46,223 nt of DNA. It comes from Candidatus Heimdallarchaeota archaeon (lineage in GTDB: Archaea; Asgardarchaeota; Heimdallarchaeia; Heimdallarchaeales; Heimdallarchaeaceae). The DNA is taken from contig JAAFKJ010000026.1 of assembly GCA_021399395.1 (NCBI GenBank), positions 1-46,223 of the forward strand. The letters are read 5' to 3'. Position 1 is the stretch's first letter. Every line of letters begins with the position of its first letter. The notes under the pieces are model-generated. The model was not told the DNA's origin. It made no database searches and saw only the letters and a program-made list of their open reading frames with translations. This document shows positions 1 through 9,751 of the stretch, piece after piece. The position numbers were made by a program, and so were the translations under genes.

Positions 1-89
1 GAAGCATTATAAAATATTGCTATTTGTTGATTTTCTGGAAGCATTATAAAATATTGCTATTTGTTGATTTTCTGGAAGCATTGTAAAAT
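1..89. repeat. 37-bp tandem direct repeat, about 2.4 copies visible (may extend left of the window)
   Basis: GAAGCATTATAAAATATTGCTATTTGTTGATTTTCTG is exact at 1-37 and 38-74, with a partial degenerate copy at 75-89; no spacers. Confidence 0.9.
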
Positions 90-144
90 TATATCCAGAT
101 GATGAAATATATAAAGGGGATAAGAAGAACATAATCTGATTACA

Positions 145-978
145 ATGGTTAAGATAACTTTTGTTAAAATTGGAAATATAACGCTAACAACATTAATCGA
201 TATAATGTTAGATGAGCGAGCAAGTCGAGCTGATATTGAAGCAACCGTAATTAGTTCTTCAACAAAAATGAAACTTTCAGCAGCTGAAAGAATCTTTCCC
301 CTTATAGATCAAGTTGAAACAGATTTAATGGTAATGATTTCTCCTAATGCTAATGATAAAGGACCTCAATCGGTAATTGACAGATATAAAGAAAAATATC
401 CTTTGATCGTCGTTTCTGATACAGCTGATAAAGAAGTACGAGCTAAATGGAAAGAAGAAGGAGTTGGCTACATCATTGCTCCATTTGATCCAATGATCGG
501 TGCAAAGAGAGACTTTCTAGATACAACAGAAATGTGTTTGTTCAATGGTCACATAATTACCGCATTCAGCGCTTGTGGTGTATTCGCATACATTACCGCT
601 TTGTTTGATGGAGTTATCGATCAACTCAAAGCTGGTGAAAAACCAACCTTACCTCTAAAGAATATGTCAAGCATTGGTGTAGTTACAAGTGTTGCATTCG
701 GTAACGAATACTCTAGACCAAAAGCATTAGCAGCATTGAATATTCTAAAAGATGCAGGCAATGTAAACGTCAATGGATGCTTTGTGGAAAAGGATAAAGA
801 AAAAGCACTTATCAAAGTAGCAGGGGCTCATGAAATGGTTCGTCAAGCTGCACTATTAGCAGATGAAATCAGAGAACTTGAAAAAGCTTCCAATCATCTA
901 GTAAGAACTCCTCATGGAAAAGAAGGAGAATTATTGCACAAAATCCACTTCTTTGATGAAGCACACGAAAAAAAATAG
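145..978 (+). CDS. mtd: F420-dependent methylenetetrahydromethanopterin dehydrogenase
   Basis: N-terminal VKIGN...DIMLDERASRADI, ISPNA, DPMIGAKRDFLD.TEM.LFN, AHEM and RTPH motifs typical of Mtd; 277 aa. Confidence 0.9.
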   Translation: MVKITFVKIGNITLTTLIDIMLDERASRADIEATVISSSTKMKLSAAERIFPLIDQVETDLMVMISPNANDKGPQSVIDRYKEKYPLIVVSDTADKEVRAKWKEEGVGYIIAPFDPMIGAKRDFLDTTEMCLFNGHIITAFSACGVFAYITALFDGVIDQLKAGEKPTLPLKNMSSIGVVTSVAFGNEYSRPKALAALNILKDAGNVNVNGCFVEKDKEKALIKVAGAHEMVRQAALLADEIRELEKASNHLVRTPHGKEGELLHKIHFFDEAHEKK

Positions 979-1046
979 GTAACTCTTGAGTTACTTTTTT
1001 CTTATTTTCTCGATAGTTTTTTATTTATTAAATTTATGAGTTTCTT

Positions 1047-1694
1047 ATGCATATTGCATTAATCATTTTTTTAGTCATTATTGGTATCCCTATAGCTTGG
1101 TTTATACTTGGACTTACATTGATCAGACTCATTCGCAAAATCTATCCCTTTCCAATACCCCACTTCGTTGTTAATCTCATAGACAACCCTATACGAAGAA
1201 AATACATCCAGAATCCTGATGAAATTGCTGAAAGGATGGGATTAAAACCAGGTGATAGAGTTTTGGAAGTTGGTCCAGGTAAAGGAAGTTATACAAAAGC
1301 AGTTGCGGAAAGAATATTACCTGAAGGGAAAGTGTATGCGATTGACATTCAACAACCCATATTGGACAGATTAGAAAAACGTTTGAAAGAGGAAAATATC
1401 ACCAACATTATACCAAAACTTGATGATGCGTACAACCTTTCATTCGAAGATGATTCTATTGATATAATCTTTGCTATTGCATGTCTACCTGAAATTCCAA
1501 AACAAGTAGAAGTGTTAGAAGAATTTAAGAGAGTGCTAAAACCTGGTGGGATAATCTCTCTCTGTGAGTTATTTATTGATCCCGATTATCCTTTAAGAAA
1601 AACCGAAAAAAAGTGGGCTAAAAAAGCAGGTTTGGTTTTGAAAGAAGAATATGGTAACTGGTTTGCTTATCAGCTCAATTTCACTAAAAAATAA
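1047..1694 (+). CDS. Class I SAM-dependent methyltransferase with N-terminal TM helix
   Basis: VLEVGPGKG motif I, AIDIQ, LSFEDDSID, RVLKPGG. Confidence 0.85.
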   Translation: MHIALIIFLVIIGIPIAWFILGLTLIRLIRKIYPFPIPHFVVNLIDNPIRRKYIQNPDEIAERMGLKPGDRVLEVGPGKGSYTKAVAERILPEGKVYAIDIQQPILDRLEKRLKEENITNIIPKLDDAYNLSFEDDSIDIIFAIACLPEIPKQVEVLEEFKRVLKPGGIISLCELFIDPDYPLRKTEKKWAKKAGLVLKEEYGNWFAYQLNFTKK

Positions 1695-1695
1695 T

Positions 1696-2226
1696 CTACA
1701 TAGCAGCAGCTGTACTTGTTGATGCAGCGGCTGCTCCTTGTTGTGCTCTAATTATTGTGTCGAGAATTACACTTGCTAGTATAGCAACTGCTGGTTCTAT
1801 ATTATCATAAACCTCAACCAAATATTCAGAATTGATTAATCTGATGTATCTCTGAAAATAGAAAGCTACATTACCATAGTTGTCAACGAATTCAAATGAA
1901 GATCCCCTAACTCTAGCACCCATATACCGTTTAGTTCCAATTTGAATTTCAATTTGAGAACTACAACAGCTGGTAGCATAATCAAAGGTAGCATATCTAA
2001 TGTCATTTTTGAACATCCTATATATTCCTGACCAAACTGCAATTTTCTTAGCAGATAATTCTTCTTTCCCGCTATTATCTTTCATATAGAAGTGAGGTTT
2101 GAAAGATCCTTCTCTATGAATCTCAAATACAGTTGAATCTGTTGACAGGTCTACTATCTCATATCTTGTTTTGAATAATGATATATCTGGATAAATTGCA
2201 AATCCAAAAGGATCAGCTTGGTTCAT
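1696..2226 (-). CDS. LURP-one/scramblase (tubby C-terminal-like) family protein
   Basis: Repeated beta-hairpin pattern ending in a hydrophobic helix (PAVAILASVILD) and an Ala/Ser tail; ATG at 2226 preferred over TTG at 2244. Confidence 0.5.
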   Translation of the reverse strand: MNQADPFGFAIYPDISLFKTRYEIVDLSTDSTVFEIHREGSFKPHFYMKDNSGKEELSAKKIAVWSGIYRMFKNDIRYATFDYATSCCSSQIEIQIGTKRYMGARVRGSSFEFVDNYGNVAFYFQRYIRLINSEYLVEVYDNIEPAVAILASVILDTIIRAQQGAAAASTSTAAAM

Positions 2227-2281
2227 TTGAGTAAAAATGAGCAAAAACAGTTATAAAACTATGTAAATAAAAAAATGAAAA

Positions 2282-3577
2282 CTAGGGATAAACCCTGTTT
2301 CGTGTTCTTGGAAAAGGAAGAGTTTCTTGTATGGTATCTAGTCCACACAACCACCAGGTTAGTCTTTCAGCACCCAGTCCAAATCCTGAATGAGGAACTG
2401 AGCCATACTTCCTCAGATCGACATACCAGGAATAATCTTCGATTTCCCATCCCTCTTCCTGAATGCGTCTAACTAAGGTGTCAAGAACATCTTCTCTTTG
2501 ACCACCAGTGATAAGCTCACCGAATCCTTCTGGAGCCATCAAATCAGCTGAATAACACCATTTAGGATCATCTTCATGAAGTTTGACATAGAATGGCTTG
2601 TGTTTGGAAGGATAATCTCTAACAAAGAAGGGCTCACCAATAATGTTTGAAAGAGCTCTTTCCTCTTCAGTTTTCATGTCATCATCCCACTGTAGATCAA
2701 ATCCATTCTCGTTCAAGGTATCAATTGCTTCTTTATAGCTAACTTTTTTGAAAGGAGCTTTGATTGATTCAAGTACTGAAGTATCTCTCTTCAATTCACG
2801 AAATTCCTTCTCATTATGTTCAAGAACATATTGAACGATATAAGCTACCATATCTTCTTGTATCTTCATGTTGCCTTCGAAATCTACAAAAGCTTCTTCA
2901 CCTTCGATATGCCAGAATTCGTTGACATGTCTCTTAGTTCTCATCTTCTCTGCACGGAAACTAGGTGTAATCGCATAGACTTTCTCTAAGCTGTAAATGA
3001 GAGCTTCAAGGTAAAGCTGAATGCTCTGACTAAGGTAAGCTGTTGAATCGAAATACTTCAAGCTGAATAGAGTAGATCCACCTTCACAAGCTGAACCTGT
3101 GAGTATAGGTGGGGTGGTCTCATAGAAATCGTTCTCAAAGAACCATTCTCTAGAAGCTCGAAGAACTGATGCTTTAACTTTCCAAACATTTGTAGACTGA
3201 AAGCTTCTTACAAATAGGTGAGTGTTATCAAGCATGAATTCCTTGCTTTTATCTTTGGCAATAGGGAAGATTTCTCCTTTATGCATTAACTTGAAATCTG
3301 TTAATTTAACTTCAACATTATTTACTGCCCTATTATCCTCTACAGGATTACCTTCAACTATAATATAATTCTCAATAGCAGCTTCATTTAACATTTTCCA
3401 AGCTTCTGGATTGAGATTGTCTTCTTGTCCGATGCATTGGATGATGCCTGAAGCATCACGTAAAACGACAAAGATCTTATCTTTCATTTTACGGATTCGA
3501 TAGATCCATCCTCGGATTGTAACTGAATCTTCCGAGGGAATTACTTCTGCTGCACGTGTGAAAGTTTGTTCGGGCAT
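2282..3577 (-). CDS. asnS: Asparagine--tRNA ligase
   Basis: OB-fold RGWIYRIR..FVVLRD; motif 2 FRAEK..RHVNEFWHIE; GELITGGQRE; motif 3 PHSGFGLGAER; likely start MPEQ at 3577. Confidence 0.88.
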   Translation of the reverse strand: MPEQTFTRAAEVIPSEDSVTIRGWIYRIRKMKDKIFVVLRDASGIIQCIGQEDNLNPEAWKMLNEAAIENYIIVEGNPVEDNRAVNNVEVKLTDFKLMHKGEIFPIAKDKSKEFMLDNTHLFVRSFQSTNVWKVKASVLRASREWFFENDFYETTPPILTGSACEGGSTLFSLKYFDSTAYLSQSIQLYLEALIYSLEKVYAITPSFRAEKMRTKRHVNEFWHIEGEEAFVDFEGNMKIQEDMVAYIVQYVLEHNEKEFRELKRDTSVLESIKAPFKKVSYKEAIDTLNENGFDLQWDDDMKTEEERALSNIIGEPFFVRDYPSKHKPFYVKLHEDDPKWCYSADLMAPEGFGELITGGQREDVLDTLVRRIQEEGWEIEDYSWYVDLRKYGSVPHSGFGLGAERLTWWLCGLDTIQETLPFPRTRNRVYP

Positions 3578-3686
3578 GAGTTCTCTTGAAGACTCACATA
3601 AAAAAATGTTAGGGTTACGAAGAAAAATCATTCTTCAAGTAGTATCAACCATATCCTTTTAAAATATTTATTTGAACGAAGGTTCA

Positions 3687-5204
3687 ATGAAAAGGGAGAC
3701 CCAAACTCTATTTGGATTAATGTTATCAAGTTTTATTGTTAACCTTGGGTTTGGGGCGATTATGCCTTTTTTGTCATTATATGCAAATCATTTCTTTGAA
3801 CCTTGGGATTGGGGATTTACAACTGTTGGTGTAGTGACTCAGATTGGTCTCTTAACTTCAGCAATGATGATCTCTCGAGCTTTTCTTGCTCCTTTCTTTG
3901 GTAAAATGAGTGATAAAGCAGGACGAAAACCTGTTATTGTCGTTGGTCTAACTATGTATGTTTTTCTAACATTTGGTTTTGGTTTAGCAAGAGCTTTCTG
4001 GTCGCTCTTTCTAGTTAGATTTTTCCAAGGAATTGCTTCTGCCCTCGTTTGGCCTGTTGCTGAATCAGCTGTGGTAGATATTTCCCCTAATGATAAGAGA
4101 GGAAGAAACATAGGTTGGTTTATGCTTTCAATGACTCTTGGGTGGAGTGTGGGTCCATTTATGGGTGGAGGGCTCTTCGCCTTAGTTGAATCTCTTATTG
4201 GTTTAGATTTAGTAAAATTTGCAGGAATGTCTTTATTAGCTCTACCTGCAGCTGTTGGAAGTGGTAGTTTCAATTTATTTGATACTCTACACAACAACCT
4301 TTTTCCTACAATTGACTTAGTTGGAAATGCAGAGGTTTTATCATTCCAGATCACTTTTTTCCTGATGGGAGGATTATCTCTTCTAGCTGTTATACTCTTC
4401 AATTTTCTTGTTATAGACCCTAAAACAAAGAAAGCAAAAATGAGTCTGAAAGAATTATGGATTGCAATTTTAGAAGTTATCAAATCTTTCTTCAAAATCA
4501 GGATTGGGATTCCTGCATTCTTTAAACCATCTTTCTGGAAAGAAAGAACGGTTAGCTTACGTGCATTGTTTGTCATGGCATTTTCAAATGGTTTCAGTTT
4601 CGCGATGATTTTCCCAATATTATCACTCTTTCTAGCACAATTTTATGGGATGAGTACGGAATTAATCGGAACTGTCTTTGGGATAGCTGGTATTGCAGGA
4701 GTTACATTTAATCCTATAGGTGGATATTTAGCGGACAAATCAAGTAAAAAACTGTTAGTTATTGTTTCTGGTGTCGTTTCTGCTCTTCTTCTAGCTACTC
4801 TAGGATTCCAGATGGTATTGTGGGTGTTGATTGCATTATTCATCACAAGGCAGATGTTTCAACAGATTAACATGCCTGCTTTTCGAGCATTACAAGCTGA
4901 TCTTGTTAAACCTGAAACAAGAGGACTAGAATTTGGTAATGTACAACTCTTTCATAATTTTGGTTCTGTTTTCGGTCCGATTCTTGGAGGAATCCTTTAT
5001 GATGTTTTTAGTAAAGTGTCATGGTCTATTGGGACTGTAACTGTCTTTGGTGTAGAAATAATTATGATAATAACATCTTCTATCATGATATTTGCAGTAA
5101 TTATTGTAGGCATATTTGTGAAGAAAGAAGATATGGTTCTAAACGGTTTACCAAGTGTTGTTAATGTTAGAGAACAACCTATTATTCTAGCTGAACAAGA
5201 TTAA
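3687..5204 (+). CDS. MFS transporter (DHA1-like)
   Basis: Motif A GKMSDKAGRK and GYLADKSSKK, RFFQG, about 12 or more hydrophobic segments. Confidence 0.88.
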   Translation: MKRETQTLFGLMLSSFIVNLGFGAIMPFLSLYANHFFEPWDWGFTTVGVVTQIGLLTSAMMISRAFLAPFFGKMSDKAGRKPVIVVGLTMYVFLTFGFGLARAFWSLFLVRFFQGIASALVWPVAESAVVDISPNDKRGRNIGWFMLSMTLGWSVGPFMGGGLFALVESLIGLDLVKFAGMSLLALPAAVGSGSFNLFDTLHNNLFPTIDLVGNAEVLSFQITFFLMGGLSLLAVILFNFLVIDPKTKKAKMSLKELWIAILEVIKSFFKIRIGIPAFFKPSFWKERTVSLRALFVMAFSNGFSFAMIFPILSLFLAQFYGMSTELIGTVFGIAGIAGVTFNPIGGYLADKSSKKLLVIVSGVVSALLLATLGFQMVLWVLIALFITRQMFQQINMPAFRALQADLVKPETRGLEFGNVQLFHNFGSVFGPILGGILYDVFSKVSWSIGTVTVFGVEIIMIITSSIMIFAVIIVGIFVKKEDMVLNGLPSVVNVREQPIILAEQD

Positions 5205-5275
5205 AATTAGCCTGGATTATCTTTGACCTTGAGTTAAAATTATATACTCTTGAATTATTCCCATAATGAAATATC

Positions 5276-6034
5276 ATGTGTAGACTCTTTCTCAGAATTG
5301 GTAAGGAAGTTAATGAACAAGTCTATTCTGAGTTTATAGGTTCTTGTTCTGATTATGTTGGAGGAGCTAAACTTGATGTTCATGAAAGAAACGAAACCAA
5401 GCTAGAACAGCATTCTGATGGTTTTGGGTATGGTTATGTTAAAGATGATCATTTTGAATTAAGAAGATTTAGAGAACCCATCTATGAACGTAATCCCGTT
5501 GATGAATGGAAAAAAATTGAAACTGACGTTTTATTTATTCATGCAAGAAAAGCACCACCAAACATTACTGTTAATATCAAGAATAACCATCCATTCTATT
5601 GGTATAATGGTGACGAATATGTATTCGGTCACAACGGTACGATTAAGAATAAAATCAATGAATATGATGATCGAAAATTCTTTTTGAAAGGTAGTACAGA
5701 TTCTGAGAAATACTTCTACTCCTTACTCACTGCTATGGCAGAAAAAGAATGGGCACCCGATAAACAGATGATTGACAAATTACTCGAAAACTGGGATTAT
5801 ACCTCGGCAAATTTCATCTTGGCATCGCCTAAGAAAGCTTGGGTTGGAGTGTTCTATAGAAAGGATCCTCTCTACTTTACAATGAAGCTCTACAAAACTG
5901 ATGACTCTATTGTTGTTAGTTCAAGTGCAATTCCCTCATTAGGTTCTCCTACTGAAAGACTTAGACATGGATCTTTAGTTGAAATCGATATAGCGAGCAA
6001 TAATTACTATTACCTAAGTGAATTCAGATTTTAA
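5276..6034 (+). CDS. Class II (Ntn) glutamine amidotransferase, YafJ/EgtC-like
   Basis: N-terminal MCRL, HSDGFG, HARKA, NNHPF, FGHNGT, TDSE. Confidence 0.88.
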   Translation: MCRLFLRIGKEVNEQVYSEFIGSCSDYVGGAKLDVHERNETKLEQHSDGFGYGYVKDDHFELRRFREPIYERNPVDEWKKIETDVLFIHARKAPPNITVNIKNNHPFYWYNGDEYVFGHNGTIKNKINEYDDRKFFLKGSTDSEKYFYSLLTAMAEKEWAPDKQMIDKLLENWDYTSANFILASPKKAWVGVFYRKDPLYFTMKLYKTDDSIVVSSSAIPSLGSPTERLRHGSLVEIDIASNNYYYLSEFRF

Positions 6035-6050
6035 CTAGGATAGGATAAAA

Positions 6051-6638
6051 GTGTCTAACACTGAATCTGAAGAACATAAAGAGTCTCATCGTGAAAAGAG
6101 AAAAAGAAGCTTTAGCCACAGACTTAAGATTTTTTCAATGAAATTTCTAGCACATCATCCAGCCTGCTATAAATTTGATAACCACATCTTCAAACTAGGC
6201 TCTCTCATGTTATGTGTTGGATGCACAAGTGTAATTCTAGGATTCATCTTATACACAATTGTCTTCTTTTCGTTTTTTGGATTCTTCAGAGGTTTACCTA
6301 TTCTAAGTGGTATAATAGCCGCTTTTGGTGTAGGTATGGCACTAATACAAGTTTTCCTTAAACCAAAAAATAAATGGTTAAAGTCGTTTTTCCGGTTGTG
6401 TCTAGGTATAGGTTTAGGTGCTTATACAAACATAATCGTACTTGCTGCAGATTTATTCAATGTAATTGGAAACTATATCATCCTTGTACAAATTACTCTT
6501 TTTGTTTTGCTGATTCCTGGAATTTATCTTTACAACATACTCAGAGGAGACTCTCCATATCTAGAATGCAAAGAGTGTGAAGAGAAATTCATAGAACCCA
6601 CTTGTGACTACAATGTAGTATCGAATCATAAGGCATGA
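6051..6638 (+). CDS. Membrane protein with Cys/His motifs (DUF2085-like)
   Basis: HHPAC...H...LCVGC, about 4 TM segments, C-terminal CKEC...C. Confidence 0.55.
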   Translation: MSNTESEEHKESHREKRKRSFSHRLKIFSMKFLAHHPACYKFDNHIFKLGSLMLCVGCTSVILGFILYTIVFFSFFGFFRGLPILSGIIAAFGVGMALIQVFLKPKNKWLKSFFRLCLGIGLGAYTNIIVLAADLFNVIGNYIILVQITLFVLLIPGIYLYNILRGDSPYLECKECEEKFIEPTCDYNVVSNHKA

Positions 6639-6644
6639 GAAATT

Positions 6645-7067
6645 TTATTCAGAGTCAGTTTCTATTTCAAGTGACTCTTGTATCTCTATTTGGTATCCCT
6701 CTGGATCGTTGAAAACAAATGCTTTGATTTTGAGTTCATTGTTGACAAACATTTCAGATAAACAGTCCACGTTAGCTTCCTTACAGTACTCATAGAACGC
6801 ATCCACATCTGGTACTCTCAGACAGATTTGTACAGGTTTAATCTCATTCCACTTATGCATCCCTTTAGTCTCATCAACTATACCCACATATCCTGCTTCC
6901 GATATTCTATAGATTTTGCAGAATCCTTGGTCAATTTCTATTGGGAATCCAAGAAAGTTTCCATAAAAATCAATTCCTTTCTGTAAATCTCTATAATAGA
7001 TAAAGGTAATGAGTTTGTTAGCTTTATTATCGATTAAATCGGGTCGTTTCATATATTTCACTTTCAA
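6645..7067 (-). CDS. VOC/glyoxalase family protein
   Basis: ITFIYYRDL...FY..LG and F.DPEGYQIEIQ; true start may be at MKRP. Confidence 0.85.
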   Translation of the reverse strand: MKVKYMKRPDLIDNKANKLITFIYYRDLQKGIDFYGNFLGFPIEIDQGFCKIYRISEAGYVGIVDETKGMHKWNEIKPVQICLRVPDVDAFYEYCKEANVDCLSEMFVNNELKIKAFVFNDPEGYQIEIQESLEIETDSE

Positions 7068-7181
7068 AATTTATACTATTAGCTGATGTAAATATCCTTA
7101 GTTAGAACTTATTAAGATTGTTGAAAAATAGAAAAAGCGAGAGCATGTAACTCTCAATGATTTTGTTTAAGATTGGTCTTG

Positions 7182-7676
7182 TTAATTTGGTATTAGCAAT
7201 GTTGCTTCGAAATAATTAACGATGATATTACCATAGATTAAACCCATAAGTTTCATGCCTTCAAAATCTTCAAAACCTTGCATGGAATAGTGACCGGTAA
7301 GTTCTCCATTAATGACTCTTATGCATTTTCTTCCATAAAAGTAACCAGAAAGTTCACCCCAGGTAAAATACATATAGCTTTCTCCGTTAACTATCGCTTT
7401 TCCAATTGTATCATCTATTACGTGGAAAAAGGACTCAGTATAACCTGATATCTCCTCGTCCTCTATGGTTCCTGCTAACCAATGGATATCATAGTAGTCT
7501 TTCATATGTACTATTCCACCTGTGATGGTTATTGTATATGTAGGCGGTTGTGCTAACCATTCCATAGCATAAAACTCTAGTTTCTGTGCTGGTGCAGCTT
7601 GGCTAAGCGCAGGCATAAGGCATAATCCAAATATTAAAACTGAAGCAAAAACAAGAACGTATTTACTTTTTTTCAT
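7182..7676 (-). CDS. Secreted hypothetical protein (beta-rich)
   Basis: Signal peptide MKKSKY + hydrophobic stretch + SQA; GGTGA Shine-Dalgarno at 7681-7685. Confidence 0.7.
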   Translation of the reverse strand: MKKSKYVLVFASVLIFGLCLMPALSQAAPAQKLEFYAMEWLAQPPTYTITITGGIVHMKDYYDIHWLAGTIEDEEISGYTESFFHVIDDTIGKAIVNGESYMYFTWGELSGYFYGRKCIRVINGELTGHYSMQGFEDFEGMKLMGLIYGNIIVNYFEATLLIPN

Positions 7677-7689
7677 TTACTCACCTTAT

Positions 7690-7718
7690 ATGTAACCTTG
7701 AAGTTACATTATATGTAA
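7690..7718. promoter_or_regulatory. Candidate operator (overlapping TGTAA/TTACA inverted repeats)
   Basis: ATGTAAC-N6-GTTACAT (7690-7709) and TTACAT-N3-ATGTAA (7704-7718), just upstream of the 7676 start. Confidence 0.4.
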
Positions 7719-8071
7719 TTTATTTGTCACATAAAAACATTGTCCAAAAAAGATAATGAAATAAGAACATAATATTTGAATTCATGCTACTCATCTAATA
7801 AGGTCCTATTCAGAATTTTGGCATGTAAGGCATATAAACGTCTGTTAAACGATTAGTATCGGGAAAAACGATTGATGGCCTTACTTGTTCCATTTAAACC
7901 CCCTCCCTTCTTGGAAACGTCTCTATCCAAGAAGAAGACCTTAACAACAAGGTTATTTTCAATCGGGGAATCAGTGGATTTTTTATGGTATTAGACATAT
8001 TGTTATTTAAAAAAGGAAACAAATATGTTTTTAAGATTTAATTTGAAAAAATAAAGTGTGAAGGACTATTT

Positions 8072-9655
8072 CTAATCCTTCTTTAATCTCTTTGCTAAAG
8101 CAGGAACCATTAAACTCAGTAAAAGAATTAAACTTCCTATCAATCCTGCAAAGAAGCTATTTTCATCAGTAGGTGTAGTTGTTTGTGTAGTTGTTTCTTC
8201 TTCTACTGTTTTTAGAAGTGTAATGACTAATTCATTATTATTCTCAGAAACTTCATCTACTTCAGAGTCATAATCGAGCTCAAAAGAAAATGTTCTTTGA
8301 TCAAATCCACCTAAAGACCAAGTATAAGAAAGAGTAAATGTTTCATCTACATCTAATGGAGGAATGCTTAGGATTTGTACAGCATCTAAATCCGTGTAAG
8401 CTGCTGTTGTTGTAGTTGTAATATTTTCTTCTCCAGTATTTGTTATGACTATATCCATCTCTAGAAAATCGTTTGAACCTTGAGTGAATATGAGTGGCAT
8501 TGTTTCAAAACTTAGATCTGGTTTTGTTTCAGGATTAATGTAAAATTGATCAATGAAAGAATAGTCAGGTCTGAATGCTCGTACATGAAACTTCTCATCT
8601 GATATATCAAAGTACAAGAAGTTATATGTACTCTCAATATATATTGATTCATTTAGTTCTTGACTTGGAAGCGGAGTATTTAACCTGCTTCCCGCTCCCC
8701 CGGATATTATGTAAGTTACGTTATCACTCAATAGTCTTTCATAACCATGTTCATGTCCTGTAAAAACTAGATCAACTTCGTATTGCTCAAAAATTGGCGT
8801 GAAAGTTTCATTTACTTCTTTATACCAATCATCATCTTCGAAATTTCTAGGAAATGATGAAAACGGTGGTCTATGCATCATCACAACTGTCCAAGTTGCA
8901 TTTTCATTCGCTTCAAGATCTTCTACTAACCATGCTGCTTGATCCACATAATCTCCTCCTAAAAGTTCATACCCTTCATAATATGTGTGGAGTGAAATAA
9001 GATGTACTGGACCATAATCTATTGAAAAATACTCTTCATTACCAGGTAAAGCCCACATAGTATAATAGTTTGAATGGTTTTTCTCATGATTACCCATAGT
9101 TGTAATTGTAGGTGTATCTCTAACAATTTCTGCATAATTATTGAACCAGATATAATATTCATCATCCTCAGCTGCTTCCTCTACAAAATCTCCAGAAAAC
9201 ATCATAAAGTCAAGAGGTAATCTCGATACTTGATCAGCAACCCATTTACATTCAGGAGTGTCACCTTGAGAATCTCCTAAACCTATGAACTGAGTTGTAC
9301 TTCCATGATGACCTGTAGTAAAAGAGTAATCATCGCTCCAAGTAATTCCATTTCCGACCCGATAATGATAAGTTGTTGCTGGGGTTAGTCCAGTTAACTC
9401 TACATGATGCCAAATACCGCTGTCTCCTCCTTCTTCTCCAGTATAAGTTGTATTCAATCCGTATTGTACTATGGAATCTGTTTCTGCTGTTGTTCTCCAA
9501 CTCATAGTCATAGTAGTTGCTGTATCATGTTGCCATGAGAGATGAAGGCTGAAAGCTCTTAATTCATCTGCTGCTTGAGGAAAATAACTACTTGCTATAG
9601 GTAGAAGAAATAACAAAAGCATAACTGTTGTAAGACTAATTTTTTTTATGTTCAT
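8072..9655 (-). CDS. Secreted, membrane-anchored purple acid phosphatase-type metallophosphoesterase (FN3 + MPP + CARDB)
   Basis: HHVELTGLTPATTYHYRVG, GDSQ, SGDF, GNHE, GHEHGYER; CARDB-like EVSENNN; Thr-rich linker and C-terminal TM. Confidence 0.88.
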   Translation of the reverse strand: MNIKKISLTTVMLLLFLLPIASSYFPQAADELRAFSLHLSWQHDTATTMTMSWRTTAETDSIVQYGLNTTYTGEEGGDSGIWHHVELTGLTPATTYHYRVGNGITWSDDYSFTTGHHGSTTQFIGLGDSQGDTPECKWVADQVSRLPLDFMMFSGDFVEEAAEDDEYYIWFNNYAEIVRDTPTITTMGNHEKNHSNYYTMWALPGNEEYFSIDYGPVHLISLHTYYEGYELLGGDYVDQAAWLVEDLEANENATWTVVMMHRPPFSSFPRNFEDDDWYKEVNETFTPIFEQYEVDLVFTGHEHGYERLLSDNVTYIISGGAGSRLNTPLPSQELNESIYIESTYNFLYFDISDEKFHVRAFRPDYSFIDQFYINPETKPDLSFETMPLIFTQGSNDFLEMDIVITNTGEENITTTTTAAYTDLDAVQILSIPPLDVDETFTLSYTWSLGGFDQRTFSFELDYDSEVDEVSENNNELVITLLKTVEEETTTQTTTPTDENSFFAGLIGSLILLLSLMVPALAKRLKKD

Positions 9656-9751
9656 TATGTAAACAATTGTAATCGAATTTTAAAGTTTACTGAATAGAGA
9701 AAAAGTATAAGGAAATGAAATAAGAAAATTGAAATTAAGAATAAAAGTAAT

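Noticed and set aside
1-89. CRISPR array
   Set aside because: The 37-bp units are head-to-tail with no spacers, and no cas genes are present
3839-4576. 245-aa minus-strand ORF and the many other short antisense or nested ORFs (e.g. 16506-16832, 22332-22817, 42133-42477)
   Set aside because: They lie within well-supported genes and have no motifs; typical antisense shadows
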